From the NCBI GenBank assembly GCA_965112155.1, contig OZ218098.1: a DNA stretch of 64,000 nt. The stretch is one strand, 5' to 3'. Below, piece after piece: positions 23,901 through 37,440 of this stretch. The stretch comes from Podarcis liolepis. Lineage: Eukaryota. Below the pieces are notes generated by a model. The model was not told the origin of the DNA, did no database searches, and saw only the letters and a list, made by a program, of their open reading frames with translations. A program made the translations under genes and the position numbers. The first letter of the stretch is position 1. Each line of letters starts with the position of its first letter.

Positions 23901-26580
23901 ATTTAACAGTGAAGTGAACAACAAATGCATAGACTGAATTGTAGGAAATTGTTTGGCGAACAACTAGTTTAAAAGAGCGGGGTGTGTGGGCGTGAACTCA
24001 GTGTCACACTGAATTCCTCTCTGTTGTGCTGTACAGAGGATGGTGACATGCAGCTATGCAATATACTAGCCAACCTTTTTCATTTCATAAAATGTATACT
24101 GTATACCACTTGATTATGAGGAAAAACCCTCAAAGTGGTTTTGGAGTTTACATGTGTTTTGTTTATACAGGTTTTTGATTTCCCCAGGTTTCAAATTCTC
24201 ATAAAAATTAAAATGCAGACTTGCTCTTTGACATGGAAGGATTTCACCACTCGGGAAGCTAAGCAAGAACTTCATTGTCTTATCTGAAACAAGGACAGAA
24301 TACCAACAGGAAATGTCTGAGTCTGCCCAGATACAATTAAATCCCGGGCCAACTAGTGATTAAACTATAAAATGATGCTATCAGCACCCTTTTCATACTG
24401 TGATCTTCCATTTTTCAAAACATCCATTCTAATACCATTCTAATTCCATTCTGCTTACTGTTAGTGTACTAATAAAAACAAAGCCATACTTTGTTTGGCT
24501 TTTGAGTTCGCTTTATATTTGAATCACCAGGGCCAAACGTATAGTATAGCTACTTATATATTGCTATCAAGCATTGCTTTGTTTTCTCAAAGAGTTACAA
24601 TAGCATTTTCCCATAATCCGTTAGGACTGCAAAAGTCGCAGTGCACTAGCAGCATATTATAATGAAACCCACAGAGCCAAGGAGCCTGTGGAGCGACCCA
24701 ACAGCTTCATCCTATGGATCTGTGCAAGCTGTGGCTTGCTCTGTTGAAACTAAGGTGCAAACCTGTGTGTGGGATGTGGAGCAGTGCCTGCTTTCCTTTA
24801 GGAAATTGGCTGTTACAAAAATACCCCTAAAGGGCCTGAACAATGGCACTACATTAGGAGAAAGTATGCCACACATGACCTTAATCTTCCATTCTGGCAG
24901 CTGGATCAGAGTAAAAACAAATTAATTTCTTTCACATAATCACTGCATGCTTTTACCTCTACCATTTGCAGAGGGAGTGAAGAGTAGTTCTGGAAAATAA
25001 TGTAGTTATCAGTGCAGTTTAGCATTTGCTACGGTGCAAGAAAAATAATGTTATCATAGATTAGTTTTGAGCCCAATGAGGTAAGATAATATGCTAGCTG
25101 GCCTAAGATACATTGAAAGGATACTATAATGGGGGTTTGTAGACAATGGGTTTTTTGAAGGCTAGACATTCATTTTAAGCACACACATTAGACTTAGACA
25201 CGGGTTTAGAGCTTTGCTAAAGAATTTATGCCGCTCCACAATGTTTCCATGGAAAAGGCTGGCATGGGTTTTTGAGGGTTAGATGCTGGTTAACTATCTC
25301 TGTTTCTGAATACCAAATGCTGATGACCATAAGCAGGTGGCCTGGTTTGCCCTGCATGGTCTTCCTGGGCCTTCTAGGGCAGAGGTGAGACACAATTTCA
25401 ATTTTATCTCAGAAAAGCAGCTTCAGCTCTATTGTGACTGAGTGTCTGTATATACTGCTGGACTGGCTGAAGTTGCTATTTAATTTTGAATATTGTGACA
25501 GAAACCATAAATACTCCTGGATTAGTGAGATGTGAATTTTGACTGTGGTTTTTAAGGCCCTCATCTCCTGTTGAAACCAAAGTGAAGCATATGGTTTCTC
25601 TTGGTCTGATGAAGTTTAATCATAAGCCCTTACTTATGTTGCTCTTTAAGGTTCCATGCACACCAAATATGCCGTATAAATCCTTAGCATTCTCATCGTA
25701 CTTTTGTTTTGCCAATCTCTGCTTGGAGGGAACACGCATTTCATGGCTCCCAGAGAGCTCTTTCTGTGCCTCCCATTTAGCTGACATTTGTACTCTCTGT
25801 GAAGGGAAAATATGTCTCAGGTCACCTCACCTTTCTAACTTATTTACTTCACCACCAGAAAGAAGCTCTGCATTGTTCCAGGGCATTTCCATGCAGCCAT
25901 TCACTTTTAACATCGTTCCTGTAGGTCTGGGCCCTTGGAAACTCATCCTTTGCCAGGGATTGCTTGAGCTTCTTCAACTCCACTTTGTACTATAAACCAA
26001 CAATTATGGCATGACTAAATCCTCTCCTTTGATTCAGTATTTGGGAACAACCCTGCAGGGAACAACCCTATCAAAGTGGTGGATTATTAAGCAAAGTAAT
26101 TGCTGAAGGATGTGGCTTTTCCTGTAGGTAAACACCACTCCCTATTAGATAGCACACTGCATTACAGTATTGACTTTTGCATTCCTTTACCAGAGTCTTG
26201 CTCTTATTTTGTAAATACATGCATAGTACTTACTATATGAGTAACTATTCATAATCTTTCAGAGGCTTGTTGGGTATGAGAATGGAGGAGACTTAGGATG
26301 AGGGGTCAGGGGAGAGCTATTGAGCTGTGGCTCTCCAAAGGTTAGAAGAGCAAGTCGAAAACTCTCCTATTCCTGCCTACATGTTCTTTCTTATACCAAA
26401 CTATAGGTCTTGATATATTTTAACACTGTATTTCAAGTGAGAATCGCCCAACACTTTACAGGCACCAGTGAATCAAAACATTTGATCCACTCTGTGAAGT
26501 CGGCAGCATTATCTGTATGTTTTTACGTTGTGGTAGCTGCGGTACTGAATTGGTATATGACTTGCCCAAGCATTGGCAGT

Positions 26581-26721
26581 TCATAGAATCATAGAATTGT
26601 GGAGGTGGAAAGGGACCACGAGGGTCATCTAGTCTAACCCCCTGCAATGCAGGAGTCTTTTGCCCATTGTGGGGCTCATACCCATGACTCTGAGATTAGG
26701 ATGCGTTACCGACTGAGACTA
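26581..26721 (-). mobile_element. tRNA(Lys)-derived SINE with CR1-type 3' tail
   Basis: Minus strand reads CTCAGTCGGTA...TAATCTCAGAGTCATGGGTATGAGCCCCACAATGGGC (tRNA-Lys-like), then GGGGTTAGACTAGATGACC...ATTCTATGATTCTATG (CR1 tail). Confidence 0.7.
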
Positions 26722-26955
26722 TAGTGGTACCTTGGGTTACAAACAGCTCAGGTTACAAACACTTTGAGTTACAGACTAACTTGGAAGTAGTACCTCGGGT
26801 TAAGAACTTTGCCCCAGGATCAGAACAGAAATTGCGCGGCAGCGGCGGCAGCAGCAGCAGTGGGAGGCCCCATTAAAGTGGGGCCTCAGGTTCTTAACCT
26901 CAGGTTAAGAACAGACCTTCTGAATGAATTAAGTTTGTAACCCAAGGTACCACTG
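26722..26955. mobile_element. Family A MITE copy 4, inserted at the head of a tRNA-derived SINE
   Basis: TIRs and TA TSD; family internal sequence. Confidence 0.88.
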
Positions 26956-28618
26956 TATAAGAGTGTTATCACCCACAGCCAGAACCTCCATGTTACTTTT
27001 TTATGCATATATGTATGTGTGTGTGTATGTATGTATGTATAGAAAAACCACTCACAGAACATCCAACTACTTGCAAAGCCCACAACCAGGGTCCCTGCTG
27101 TACGGTTAAAAAGCTATCTTGCATACAGTTCTTATTCACCAATTTCTATTTTATATGCCTGCCACCTATAATACTGCCATGCATTATGCGGTGCAATGAA
27201 ATACAACTTCCTTTCTAGAACTAGCCACTGACAGGCTTGGAAAGGCATTGTTAAGGATACCTTTGTCCTTGTGATTTGCGGGGATATATACTTGGGTTAG
27301 CTGCAGTGGTGAGTAAGCTGTGACATTTATCTCCACATTATTGGGAGTTTGATTTGGTTTGTTTACTCAAGCACATATTGATTCATTGTAATGTGTACTG
27401 CAGAGTTGGCTTTCTGGGTGGGTTAATGTTGGAGATGCATAAAGTAGGACCTCTGCCTGACACGTCTACCATCAGCTAACATAATAAGGGTGACTCCCTA
27501 GTCAGGTAACCATTACCCTAGGAGAAAAAGTCTTCATTTATTGTTTGTGCATGCCTGCATGGCATGCATTTTGTGTAGTGTGGTAATCCTATGATTAACA
27601 ACAAATGACGTATGGACCAGACCTAGCCTGCAGATGACGGTTTCACTTGGTAACCAGGAACCTCCCTTGCTGCTTCATAGTTGGCCCTGCAGCTACAATG
27701 AAGACTGCTCATTGTATGTGGGCATATGGCATAATAATGCAAAGCATTCTTACTGTTAACCAGAGAGAAAAGACACCTGCCTAGATGAAGAATAAAGTGG
27801 CCGCTTCTGCCATGCAAAGTCTGTTAGATCTTGTTTGACAAACCACAGCAAAGCTAATGCCTCTCTGAAGGAGCTCCATAATTATGAGTTTTATGTATTA
27901 TTATTATTTATTTAAAAGTTCCGTGGGCCAATGTTTGTAAAGTACACAACCTGCTGTATACATAAGCAACACTAAAACATTACACCAGGGACATAAAAAT
28001 GAATACATACAAACACAGACTACTGAAAACAGCAGGGCAGACTGCACACTCATTCAGGTAAAAACAGTGACAATACCTCAGTGAATTAGCTTTGACTTAG
28101 CACTCAAATGATAACAATGGGAGGAATTCAGGGGTGCGCTTTGTCAAATGTTATGTCAGTGCAAGCATTTCATCTGGTCAGGTGGAACAGTTGCCCCATC
28201 CTCCACCTGCCTGCTATTCTGGGAGCTCTCCCGACACCCCCTGAGCCAGCTTGTCGGGGGGGGGCACATGGGGAGGAGAGAGAGGGGATATGGTGATGAC
28301 CAGTAGCTGCAATCGCTTCAGGAAAAAGGCTTTGACAGATTAATAGAGGGCCATCTATGAAAGGCTCTTAGACACAGCAACAGACTGTCTCATGTTTTGA
28401 GGAATATGCTGCAAGGCATGTTGGAGACCTGTGGGAGGGGAGGAATATTGCGTCAGTGCTCTGCTTCTTAGTTTCCTGGAGGCTCCCTGACCGGCCGCTG
28501 TGGGGAAGCAGGATATTGCACTAGCTAATATCCCCCTGGGTTGCCCTAGTGTCACTGGGGCTCCCTAAGCCGCTGGTGGTATGTCCTTGAGGGCACTGAG
28601 TGAAGTCCTCATTGCAGC

Positions 28619-28673
<55 letters not shown>

Positions 28674-29005
28674 GTTTTATTTATACCCCGCCCTTCCTGG
28701 TTCAGAAAACTGGAGGGAAGGAAGGGGAATAAAAGATCAGGCTAAGTTCAAATTAAAACCCAGGCGGAATAGCTCTGTTTTACAGTCCCTGCAGAAGGAA
28801 GTTAAATCCTGCAGGGCCCTGGTCTCATTGGACAGAGCATTCCACCAGGTCGGAGCCATCACTGAAAAGGCCCTGGCCCTAGTGGAGGATAATCTAACCT
28901 CCTTAGGGCCGGGGACCTCTAAACTATGATTATTCATGGACCTTAAGGTCTTCTGCAGGGCATACCAGGAGAGGTGGCCCCGTAAATATGAGGCCCTAAG
29001 CCACA
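28619..29005 (-). mobile_element. L2-clade LINE 3' fragment with expanded (TAA)n tail (28619-28672)
   Basis: ORF 28737..29006 RAFSVMAPTWWNAL...KTELF is the L2 ORF2 end; the microsatellite marks the 3' terminus. Confidence 0.8.
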
Positions 29006-29639
29006 AAGTGCTAGGAGAGCCATTGACTACAAATTTTAAGGTTCCTTTATATCCTTTTATTCATGGAGGTGGAAGGGGTGGGGGCTTGAGATGAGCAATT
29101 CTATTGTCTTTTCCTTGGAGTTCCTGCCCAGCTTCACCTCGCCCATCTTGCCTATTATTTGTCTGAAAGAAAATCTCCCTAGTGATTAATGGCTAAACTG
29201 GACATCCTTTGTTTGCTCCCTGCCTTCCAGTTATCCTATCATTATCTTGATGGCCTCCATTTAGGAGTTTGAGTAGACTTTACTGGCAACTTGGTTTACA
29301 TGTACTGACCTTTACAAGGTGCAAGGTACTCAGGAGATTTCCTGAATCCCCTCCAGGAGATGAAGCCGGAATCAGACTTGCACAAAGGTCACCAGAGTTC
29401 ATCATGGAGAGTCTTCTGTCATATTAGAGTTATGTCAGTTTTCTTACCTATGGCATGATATAAAGTAATAAACCACAGAATAAGTTAAGATTGACACACA
29501 CACTTATTCACATAGACATGTGGCAGGATAATCCTTCCTCTGCTGGAAGGAGGCCAGGCTAGAGCAATGAAGATTGAAGTGAGCAGAGACATAGCGGGGA
29601 TCACTATTCAGACCCCTAACTGAGTCTGGAATTTATTCT

Positions 29640-29880
29640 TCCAAAGTGCGCTATCATTTCTCACACTGCATACATTTAGGGAAACGCACTTAAGTTGGAT
29701 ATTTTGCACATGTTGGTTACCCAAAACACCAAGTCTGGCTTTTACCATCCGGAACAATGTGGTGTCATCTGTAAACTTTGCTGTCTCATTGTTGACACTT
29801 GACATATGAAGAAATTAAATAGCCCTAATTCACTGCAGATTCTTCAGGAACCTCACAGTTTCCTCTCACGAAAACTTTCA
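29640..29880 (-). mobile_element. Old CR1-like reverse-transcriptase remnant
   Basis: AKFTDDTTLF resembles the CR1 RT KFADDTKL motif; a similarly decayed remnant lies at about 15430-15760. Confidence 0.5.
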
Positions 29881-29965
29881 GTTTATTCTTATCCTTTGTT
29901 CGTAGAAATCTGATCATCAGAAAGTCATAATGCTGCTAATGTTATAACTCCTGTTGAGTTTATAA

Positions 29966-30120
29966 CATGGACGTAGCCAGGACTTTTGTTGGGGGGCAGG
30001 ACTTTTTTGGGGGGGGCAGAACTGACATGATTCGTCAGTTAAGTATTCCTATTTTACTTGATCTGGGAAGGGGTAGCTGCCTTTCCCTGTGCCCCCTCCC
30101 CCCCCCCGGCTATGCCCATG
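29966..30120. mobile_element. hAT-type MITE (155 bp)
   Basis: TIRs CATGGACGTAGCC / GGCTATGCCCATG (11/13); TSD GTTTATAA / GTTAATAA (7/8). Confidence 0.75.
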
Positions 30121-30365
30121 GTTAATAAGCCATAATATGCATACTTTAATCAAATATGCTAGTAGACTTAATATAGAAATAAGTGAAGGAAATTTAATAA
30201 ATAACCCAGTAATTTTCTAGAATCCTTACTTAATGGAAGTTAACATGTGTTGAGAATAATGTTAATTTGCCGTGTCCAGTGTGTAATGTTATCTGCATAG
30301 CGGTCTGCAAGGTAGTCGAAAGAGCCAGCCCCCCCCCCCCAATTTCAAACTTACTTGCTCTAACC

Positions 30366-30528
30366 CAGTGATTCCCAATTAGTTAAGTCCTACAGACTCC
30401 CTATTCTCAAAACCCAAGCCATGGACCCCCTATTTTTGAAAATTTTGATATCTCTAGGGTAGTTTTTGTTATGTGAATCATGTCACATACCCCCTCTGTG
30501 TCCACAGACCACCAGTTGAGAACCACTG
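30366..30528. mobile_element. hAT/Charlie-type MITE (163 bp)
   Basis: TIRs CAGTGATTCCCAA / TTGAGAACCACTG; TSD CTCTAACC / CTCTGACC (7/8). A related internal sequence occurs near 3925-3995. Confidence 0.75.
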
Positions 30529-31900
30529 CTCTGACCTGACCCTCCTTTCAATCTGACTGCAGCAGGGAAAGGTTGTTCGGTCACAATACTGCATTGAATT
30601 GGAGCATTCTATCATTCCTTATGCAGGCAACCAAATTAACAAAATTATCTGCCCTCAGAGTAGGCTGCTTGCCAAGAACAGTAATTCACACAGGGACAAA
30701 ATCATATATCGGTTACTGTTCTAACGAGAAGTTCTTTGCTGCTTTCACTTTTTTTGGCCAACTGTGATTAGATTTAGCATATTAAAGAAACATTGAAAAC
30801 AGGGAAAAGGTTGAACTGGATTGGGGCAACATCAGAGGGCTAATAGAGCAGCAGTGGGGAAGGAGAGGGAATGGAGTTTAGACTGGGAAAATAGGTCTAC
30901 TCTGATTACAACTTAATTGAATACCACTCATTGATCTTTAGCATCATGGTACTGTTTGGTTCTTAACAAGTGTTAAAGCTGTTTGTTTTCAATTGACATT
31001 TTCAAGTACAGCAAGGGCTGTATAACAGCCATGATAAGAGAGAAAGAACAAGCAAGATTATACTGCAAACAACTGAACAAGGATCTTGCAGTCCAATACC
31101 ATTAATTGCACAAGTAGGCCTAAGCTTAACATGCATTGCAAGGATTACTGCTACTCACCATTTCTCCAGAAGGAATCAACTGAAGGCAAACTTGGGCACT
31201 GGGTGTGGTGCTATGTGAAGATGAGAAATGTCAAAGGGCCCTCACTTTTTGAATTTCCTCCGCTTTTTTCTTTGTCTAACCAGCTCTTTGTTGTGACATG
31301 GAAAGAACAGTGATATTCTTGACAATGTTTTTGTGAAGTTAAATGATTTGCAAAGTACTTTTGACAGATTCCTCAGCTGAATAAATGAATACTCATTTAC
31401 CTTTTAAGTTAAAGTGGAGAGCAGGCACAGTTACCCATTCTGCCTGCTTTCTTAAATATCCCTACTCTTTAGAGAGAGATTCGCTGTACATTTTTCATCA
31501 CCATGGGGCAAAATAGGTCCAGCTTTGTGTGCACTTTGCAACACCTTGTTCTGCACCCCTACATCCTTGACAAAAAAACTGAATTGAAATGTTGCAGTGC
31601 TTGCCCTTCACCCACTTCCATGACTATCTCAATAGGGCGCATGCTTCTGTCTGTTAGCACCCTGGGGTGATTCTGGTTTCTGCACTCAAGATGTAGCTAA
31701 AGGTCACAGCTGCTCTTCACTGAACCTTCAGCAGGTGTATCCTTTCTGGGGTTCTCGTTTCCTGTTTGTATCTCAGGACTGGCTGAGTTAGGCCTGCAGA
31801 GAGATGAGAAAGTATTCATTGAAATAAAAGAAAAGTGGCAAGATGCAAACCTCATTGCTCCAGATTTTATTCTTTACACCATGACTTGCACTATGTTCTA

Positions 31901-32092
31901 GTTACAGGTAGGTAGCCGTGTTGGTCTGCCGTAGTCGAAACAAAATAAAAAAATCCTTCCAGTAGTACGTTAGAGGCCAACTAAGTTTGTTACTGGTATG
32001 AGCTTTCGTGTACATGCACACGAAAGCTCATACCAATAGCAACCTTAGTTGGTCTCTAACGTGCTACTGGAAGGATTTTTTTTTTTATTTTG
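31901..32092. mobile_element. Penelope-like element terminus arranged as a fold-back palindrome
   Basis: Inverted arms of about 75 bp spanning 31941-32092, centred at 32014/32015. The GTAGCCGTGTTGGTC...GAGCTTTCGTG sequence is recognised from memory as a squamate Penelope-like pseudo-LTR. Confidence 0.6.
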
Positions 32093-32489
32093 CAGTATGT
32101 TGTTGAGCATGATGGCATGCATAACTAAACTTTATTTGCAGAGCACACACAATGACTATGAGAAGGGAGTTTCAGCAGAAGAAGCCAATATAGCAATCAA
32201 GAACCCCTGCAAACGTCTTAGTTCAGATCCCACCATTTGAACTGATTGCCGCTGCTCCTTTGCATTGCCTCACTAGAACAAATTTTGGCCTGTGTTGTTA
32301 GCAATGCAACAATTGGCTTTCTAGATGGAGCAAACTAATCCCTGACAAATGTTCATTTAGACGTATTTCCCTTCCTGTACTTGGTTTATGAAGGTGTCCA
32401 TACCTCTCTGTCTTTGCTTCCACTCTCAGATGAGCAGGGAGTAGAAATCAAAGAGCTCTGTGTGTTTGTATCCCACCCTTTTTTCAAGG

Positions 32490-32958
32490 ATCATAGAATG
32501 ATAGAATCTCCGAGTCCAACTCCCTGCAATGCAGGAATCTTAACTAAAGCATCCATGACAGATGGCTATCCAACCTCTGCTTAAGAACCTCCAAGGAAGA
32601 AGAGTCCACCACCTCTCATGGGAGTCTGTTCCACTGCTAAACACCTCTTACTGTCAGAAAGTTTTTCCAAATGTTTAGTCGGAATCTCCTTTCTTGTATC
32701 TTGAAGCTATTGCTTTGAGTTCTACCCTCCAGAGCAGGAGAAAACAAACATGTTCTCTCTTCCATGTGACAGCTGTTAAGATATTTGAAGATGGCTATCA
32801 TATCTCCTCTCAGTCTCCTTTTTTCCAGGCTAAACATACCCAGCTCCTTCAAGCGCTCTCCCTGAGGTTTAGTTTCCATAACCTTGATCATCTCGGTTGC
32901 CCTCCTCTGAACATGTTCCAGCTTGTCAACATCCTTCTTAAATTGTTCAGATAGACAC
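32490..32958 (-). mobile_element. CR1 LINE 3' fragment
   Basis: ORF 32637..32966 LEHVQRRAT...LGMFSLEKRRLRGD is the CR1 ORF2 C-terminus; ATTCTAT-type tail at 32491-32507. Confidence 0.92.
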
Positions 32959-34159
32959 CCAGACAACCATGTCCTCGTTCAGTTGATGTGCATCCTTAAC
33001 ATAAGCCAATATAGATGGCAGGTGCGTGGATAATAGCAGGCACAGAAGCTCAAAAGAATTTTTAATGTGTGTTATGGTTTCAGTTCCATAGAACAGCTAC
33101 GTACCTTCCATGTTCTTATTTTCCTAAGCACCACAGCTTGATCATTCTTGCTTTATTAGCAGCCCTCAGCTACCCAAATAGGTCCTTAGCAAACTTGTTT
33201 TGCTGATACTGTTGCCTTGGGCTCCTCTAGGAGGAAGGGCTGGATATAAACTTAATAAACAATTTAATAAATAAATATTTAATTTGCTGGCCTATTATTT
33301 TCATGGTCCTTCCTAGTGGATTTTGGAGTGTCCTGTTACCTTATTTGGAATGAGGGGCATTAACATTTTCTCTACTAGCAATGTTCTTTTCACTCTCCCA
33401 GCAATAAGGAGGGAGTTGGTTACCATCAGTAGCATCAGTCCTGAAGTGCCTGGTATAGACACTTGACCAGTGTCAAGTGGTCCAATGGAAGGGCCATGCT
33501 CTAACTTTGCTTCAGGTACTCTGCTCACGGTCTTAATCTCAGCGAGTATGTGTGATTGTTCTCCTGTCACGGCTTGCCCTGAAAGCCTTCCTACTTCTAT
33601 CATATCTCACCTGGATAAATCTTTTTGACAAGCCTATAATTAATGCCTGATCTACATAAGAAGAATGTTTACCAGTGGTTCCTGAATGAGATAGGCTAAA
33701 ACCGAGGGATCTTTTCTCCGCATTAAACTGCTTCTGCCACCTTGGAACCAGAAATACCTGTTTTGTATAGACTGAGTCTCAGACCAAAATGTGTGTCGGA
33801 TTTGTGCATGTAGATGATTTATGGACTTCAAGAACAGCTGCTCACATATTTCCAATCAGAGGCACTCCTAGCTTAAGAGAAGCAGCGAGGGCCGAATCTC
33901 TTTTGGCTTTGCTACCTGGTTCTTTCTTCACTCTCCCCCCAATCAGCAGTCTTCATATGACAAAGTGTTGTAGATCTCTGTTAGAGTCAGCAGCATAGAG
34001 ATGCCTCCCAATTTAAGCCAGGGAGAAGCCCACGTATGGTCTATGCCAGTGGTAGCCAGGGTGGGTGTCCTTTAGATAATGTTGGCTCTCAGCTCCAGCC
34101 AGCATAGCCAGTGTTCAGAAATGATGGGAGTCATAATCCAGCAACATCAGGAAACAGCA

Positions 34160-34250
34160 AGAAAAACTTTCTGACAGTAAGAGCTGTTTGACAGTGGAAC
34201 GGTCTCCCTCGGGAGGTTGTGGACTCTCCTTCATTGCACATTTTAAAGCA
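34160..34250 (+). mobile_element. Short CR1 3' fragment abutting the BovB piece
   Basis: AAACTTTCTGACAGTAAGAG...CAGTGGAAC...GGTTGTGGACTCT matches the reverse complement of the CR1 at 32590-32670. Confidence 0.7.
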
Positions 34251-34528
34251 GAGTCTTTTCCAGGGAGTCTTCTCTTCTCATGAAGTGGCCAAAGTATTGG
34301 AGTCTCAGCTTCGGGATCTGTCCTTCCAGTGAGCACTCAGGGCTAATTTCCTTAAGAATGGATGTGTTTGATCTTCTTGCAGTCCATGGGACTCTCAAGA
34401 GTCTCCTCCAGCACCATAATTCAAAAGCATCAATTCTTCGGCGATCAGCCTTCTTGATGGTCCAGCTCTCACTTCCATACATCACTACTGGGAAAACCAT
34501 GGCTTTTACTATACGGACCTTTGTACGG
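34245..34528 (-). mobile_element. RTE-BovB LINE internal fragment
   Basis: VFPVVMYGSESWTIKKADRRRIDAFELWCWRRLLRVPWTARRSN...LQYFGH is the BovB ORF C-terminal region. Confidence 0.92.
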
Positions 34529-35511
34529 ACCCCTTGCCACTACTTGTGTCCTATTCTTTAATATAGTGGTTGGGAGTTGGTTATACAAGACTTGGTTCAT
34601 TCTGAATTTAGCTTTCCTTGTGGGTAGACAGGGTAGAGAGTTTTTGTTTCAGAAACTGTAAATTCAATTTGGGATAGAGTTTTATATGGTAGGAATGTGA
34701 GAATTACCCATTCTCATCTTTTTTCTGCATTAAAATGCTGTTTTTCACTCTGAGAAATCTCCTTATGGAACCATTAGAGGATAATTTCTGAAATTCTAGT
34801 CACGTGTTTTAAAAACAACATTTTAATGGCAAGGTTGTCAGGGACTGTGTGTTCAAAAACAAAATGCTAATTCTGTGAAAAGGAAACTCGGATTATGTGC
34901 TTGGCATCTATCATGAATGTTAAGGAAATGCCCATATGTTTTCATAATCTGGTTCCAAAATGAATCTGTTTTGCAAGAATAGTGGTAGTATAGGACAAAG
35001 ATTTGAAGACATAGGATGAGGATATATGAAGGTGTGGAAGGGAGGAGAGGAAATATGAAGCATGTGTCCAATACTCCCGTACAATGCAGGTGTAGAATGG
35101 CTTAAAAATCCAGACATTTGAGACTTCCCAGATGCAATTTCCGTCCCAACTTAGCGCATCCCTCCCTTGTACTGTGAACATACAGGTGTCCAGAATGTAT
35201 ACAAACCTGAGCGGCAAATGAAGATAGATATTTAGTTTAGTGGTGCAGTGTTTTTCTGTGACCTGTGACTGTGTTCTTGTCTGCAAATGTAAAGCAGAGT
35301 TCCACACCTCTTGCTGCTGTCCATTACTGTCATAGTGGAAAAGACCCGGCTAATGCCACAGCCTCATATTTTTGGGTATTGAAAAGGTCTGGATTGTGTT
35401 GAATGCTGTAGTGCACCATTGGCTGAATGCCTATCACTCGCCAGTCAATAGTCACTGTTCAGCCTTCATCCCCACAGCAGTGAGCAATGACACAGAAATA
35501 TTTATTTGCTT

Positions 35512-35881
35512 AAGTGGTGGGGAGCATTTTTCAAGCCCAGGGCTGCATTTCCTCAGAAGCAGCCTCCGAGGGCGTGGGACACGTGCTGCTGCTGCTGCCG
35601 CCTAGGGTCAGAGGCAAAAATGGCCAGAGCAGCAGAAGTGACACTTTCCTTTGCATTCCAGCCATGCAAAGACCAGAGGTTTCTATGCACACACTGACAC
35701 ACCTCTTGGTCGAGGCAAGCAAGAGAGATTGCCTCACAGTTCAAGAACACACCCCAGCTAGGCAAAAGCACTTCAGGAGAGCACGGAGCTAGGCTGGTGA
35801 GGTGTGTTGCGGCCTTAGGAAATTCTCGAGAGTTAGATAGATAACGAGGCCTGCCTTTGACCTGCGCTTCCTCCACCCCTG
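35512..35881. mobile_element. Older hAT-like MITE; a related copy lies at about 20045-20337
   Basis: Shared AGCCCAGGG..CTG.ATT...GG.CAGAG.CAAAA.TGG segment between the two loci; CCTCCACCCCTG right end. Confidence 0.4.
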
Positions 35882-36239
35882 GTTTACTCATGACTGGTCA
35901 CTGGGTGTAAAACGTTGTTGAGGAAGGAATCCCACGCATATTGGAACATGTCAAAATAACATCTGGAGGACACAGCACTTCCCACCGAAGAGGAATTGGA
36001 GGAAGGGCAAGTAACACAACACAGTGGGGGATGTACTAGTAGACAAAGGCTGGTCTTAAATGTTTTGATGGGAAAACATCCTGGTATTGTTAAATTCATC
36101 CGTGCACTGCATGTGAGATGTGTGGCTGGACAATCGGCAGGGAGCGTGGACTTCATTGCAAGTGTGATTGAAATGGCACACATACTGTGAGCGCAATATT
36201 CAGTTCTACCTAAGTGGGCAGGAGGGATCCTTGAGCCTG

Positions 36240-36857
36240 TAAGCTTTTCAACCTTTTTGAGTCCACAGCTCCCTTGACCAACTACCTTCTTTCTGCGGCA
36301 CCCCTGTGGGGCTCAGGAACCCATTTATGTCACCCCTTGCCTGCAGAGCTAGCAGCCCCTCACCGCTTTTCAAACACCCTCCTTTGTGGAGTGTTTCCTC
36401 AGTCTCCTCTCTTCCCCCTTCTTTTTGGGAGTCCTTTAAGCAGCTGATGCTGCCACCCCTGGTCTCTGAGCTGCCACACCCCCCCCCAGCCCCAAAGAGA
36501 GGTGCCTCCTCACATTGCCCCACAGGGGCCTGGGACTTGTCTGTCCATTCCCAGAAGCAAGGGCTGGCGGACTGGCTGGCTGGGCTCCCTCACCCACTTG
36601 CTTGCTTACTCTGAGACCACCTCAGCTTCTGGCAACCAGGACCCCCTGGCCAGCCCCAGAGGCACCACTCTCCTGTGGAGCTTGTAGCCAGGGCTGCTGC
36701 AACAAATAACTGTGCAAGCCTTGGGGAGGCAGAGATGTGAGAGGGCATCAGAGGAGGGAGGCAAGGGAAGAGGGACAGAGGCCAGTGTTGCCCGTGGCAC
36801 CCTGGCCATCATTCAAGGCACCCCAGGGTGCCATGGAACACTGGTTGAAAACTGCTG
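36240..36857. mobile_element. Older hAT-like non-autonomous element, boundaries approximate
   Basis: GCTTTTCAACC...GGTTGAAAACTGCTG degenerate ends with GGCACCCC subterminal motifs and a GC-rich interior. Confidence 0.45.
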
Positions 36858-37436
36858 TAAGTAGTCACACAATTCATGCCTAGTTTGACCCTTAGAGCAA
36901 CTAAGAGGCTTCCTATATCTTTCAGCCAAACTGAATGCAGTGGGGTCTCCGAAGCCAAACATTATTTCATTCAGTTTGGGTTTCTTAAGGATAAATTAGC
37001 AGAAAGTTCGTGCCAAGGGCTAAGAACCTGCATTTTCAGTGTCTGTGTTGTGGCACTGATGACTACATGAGGGCTGGGAGGAGAAAAGAGCAATAAACAG
37101 ATAATGACATGATCACATTAGCTCTGTTGTAAAATGGTGGAACTCATCCAACAGCAAATTCCCCCCTAGAGAAAAATATGGCTGCCCTCATGTACTTATC
37201 ATGCTAGCCATTTTTTTCCTTTTCTATACAATGCCCTGGTAGCCTTACAAGGCCATTAGATATGAACAATTCCCTAGGAAGGGACCGCACATTATGACAT
37301 GCAATCACTTTCTGGGACGATTTCAAAAGTTAAAAAACAAAACAAAAACCCCACAGTTATTAGCTGCTCTAAACAGAAAGAAGTGCTTTTTTGTTTGTTT
37401 GTGAAACAGGCCAGTTTTTTTGTTTTTTTCCAGGAT

Positions 37437-37440
<4 letters not shown>

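Noticed and set aside
26640-26721. Functional tRNA-Lys gene
   Set aside because: Degenerate, with a deletion in the anticodon region, and fused to a CR1 tail, so it is a SINE head.
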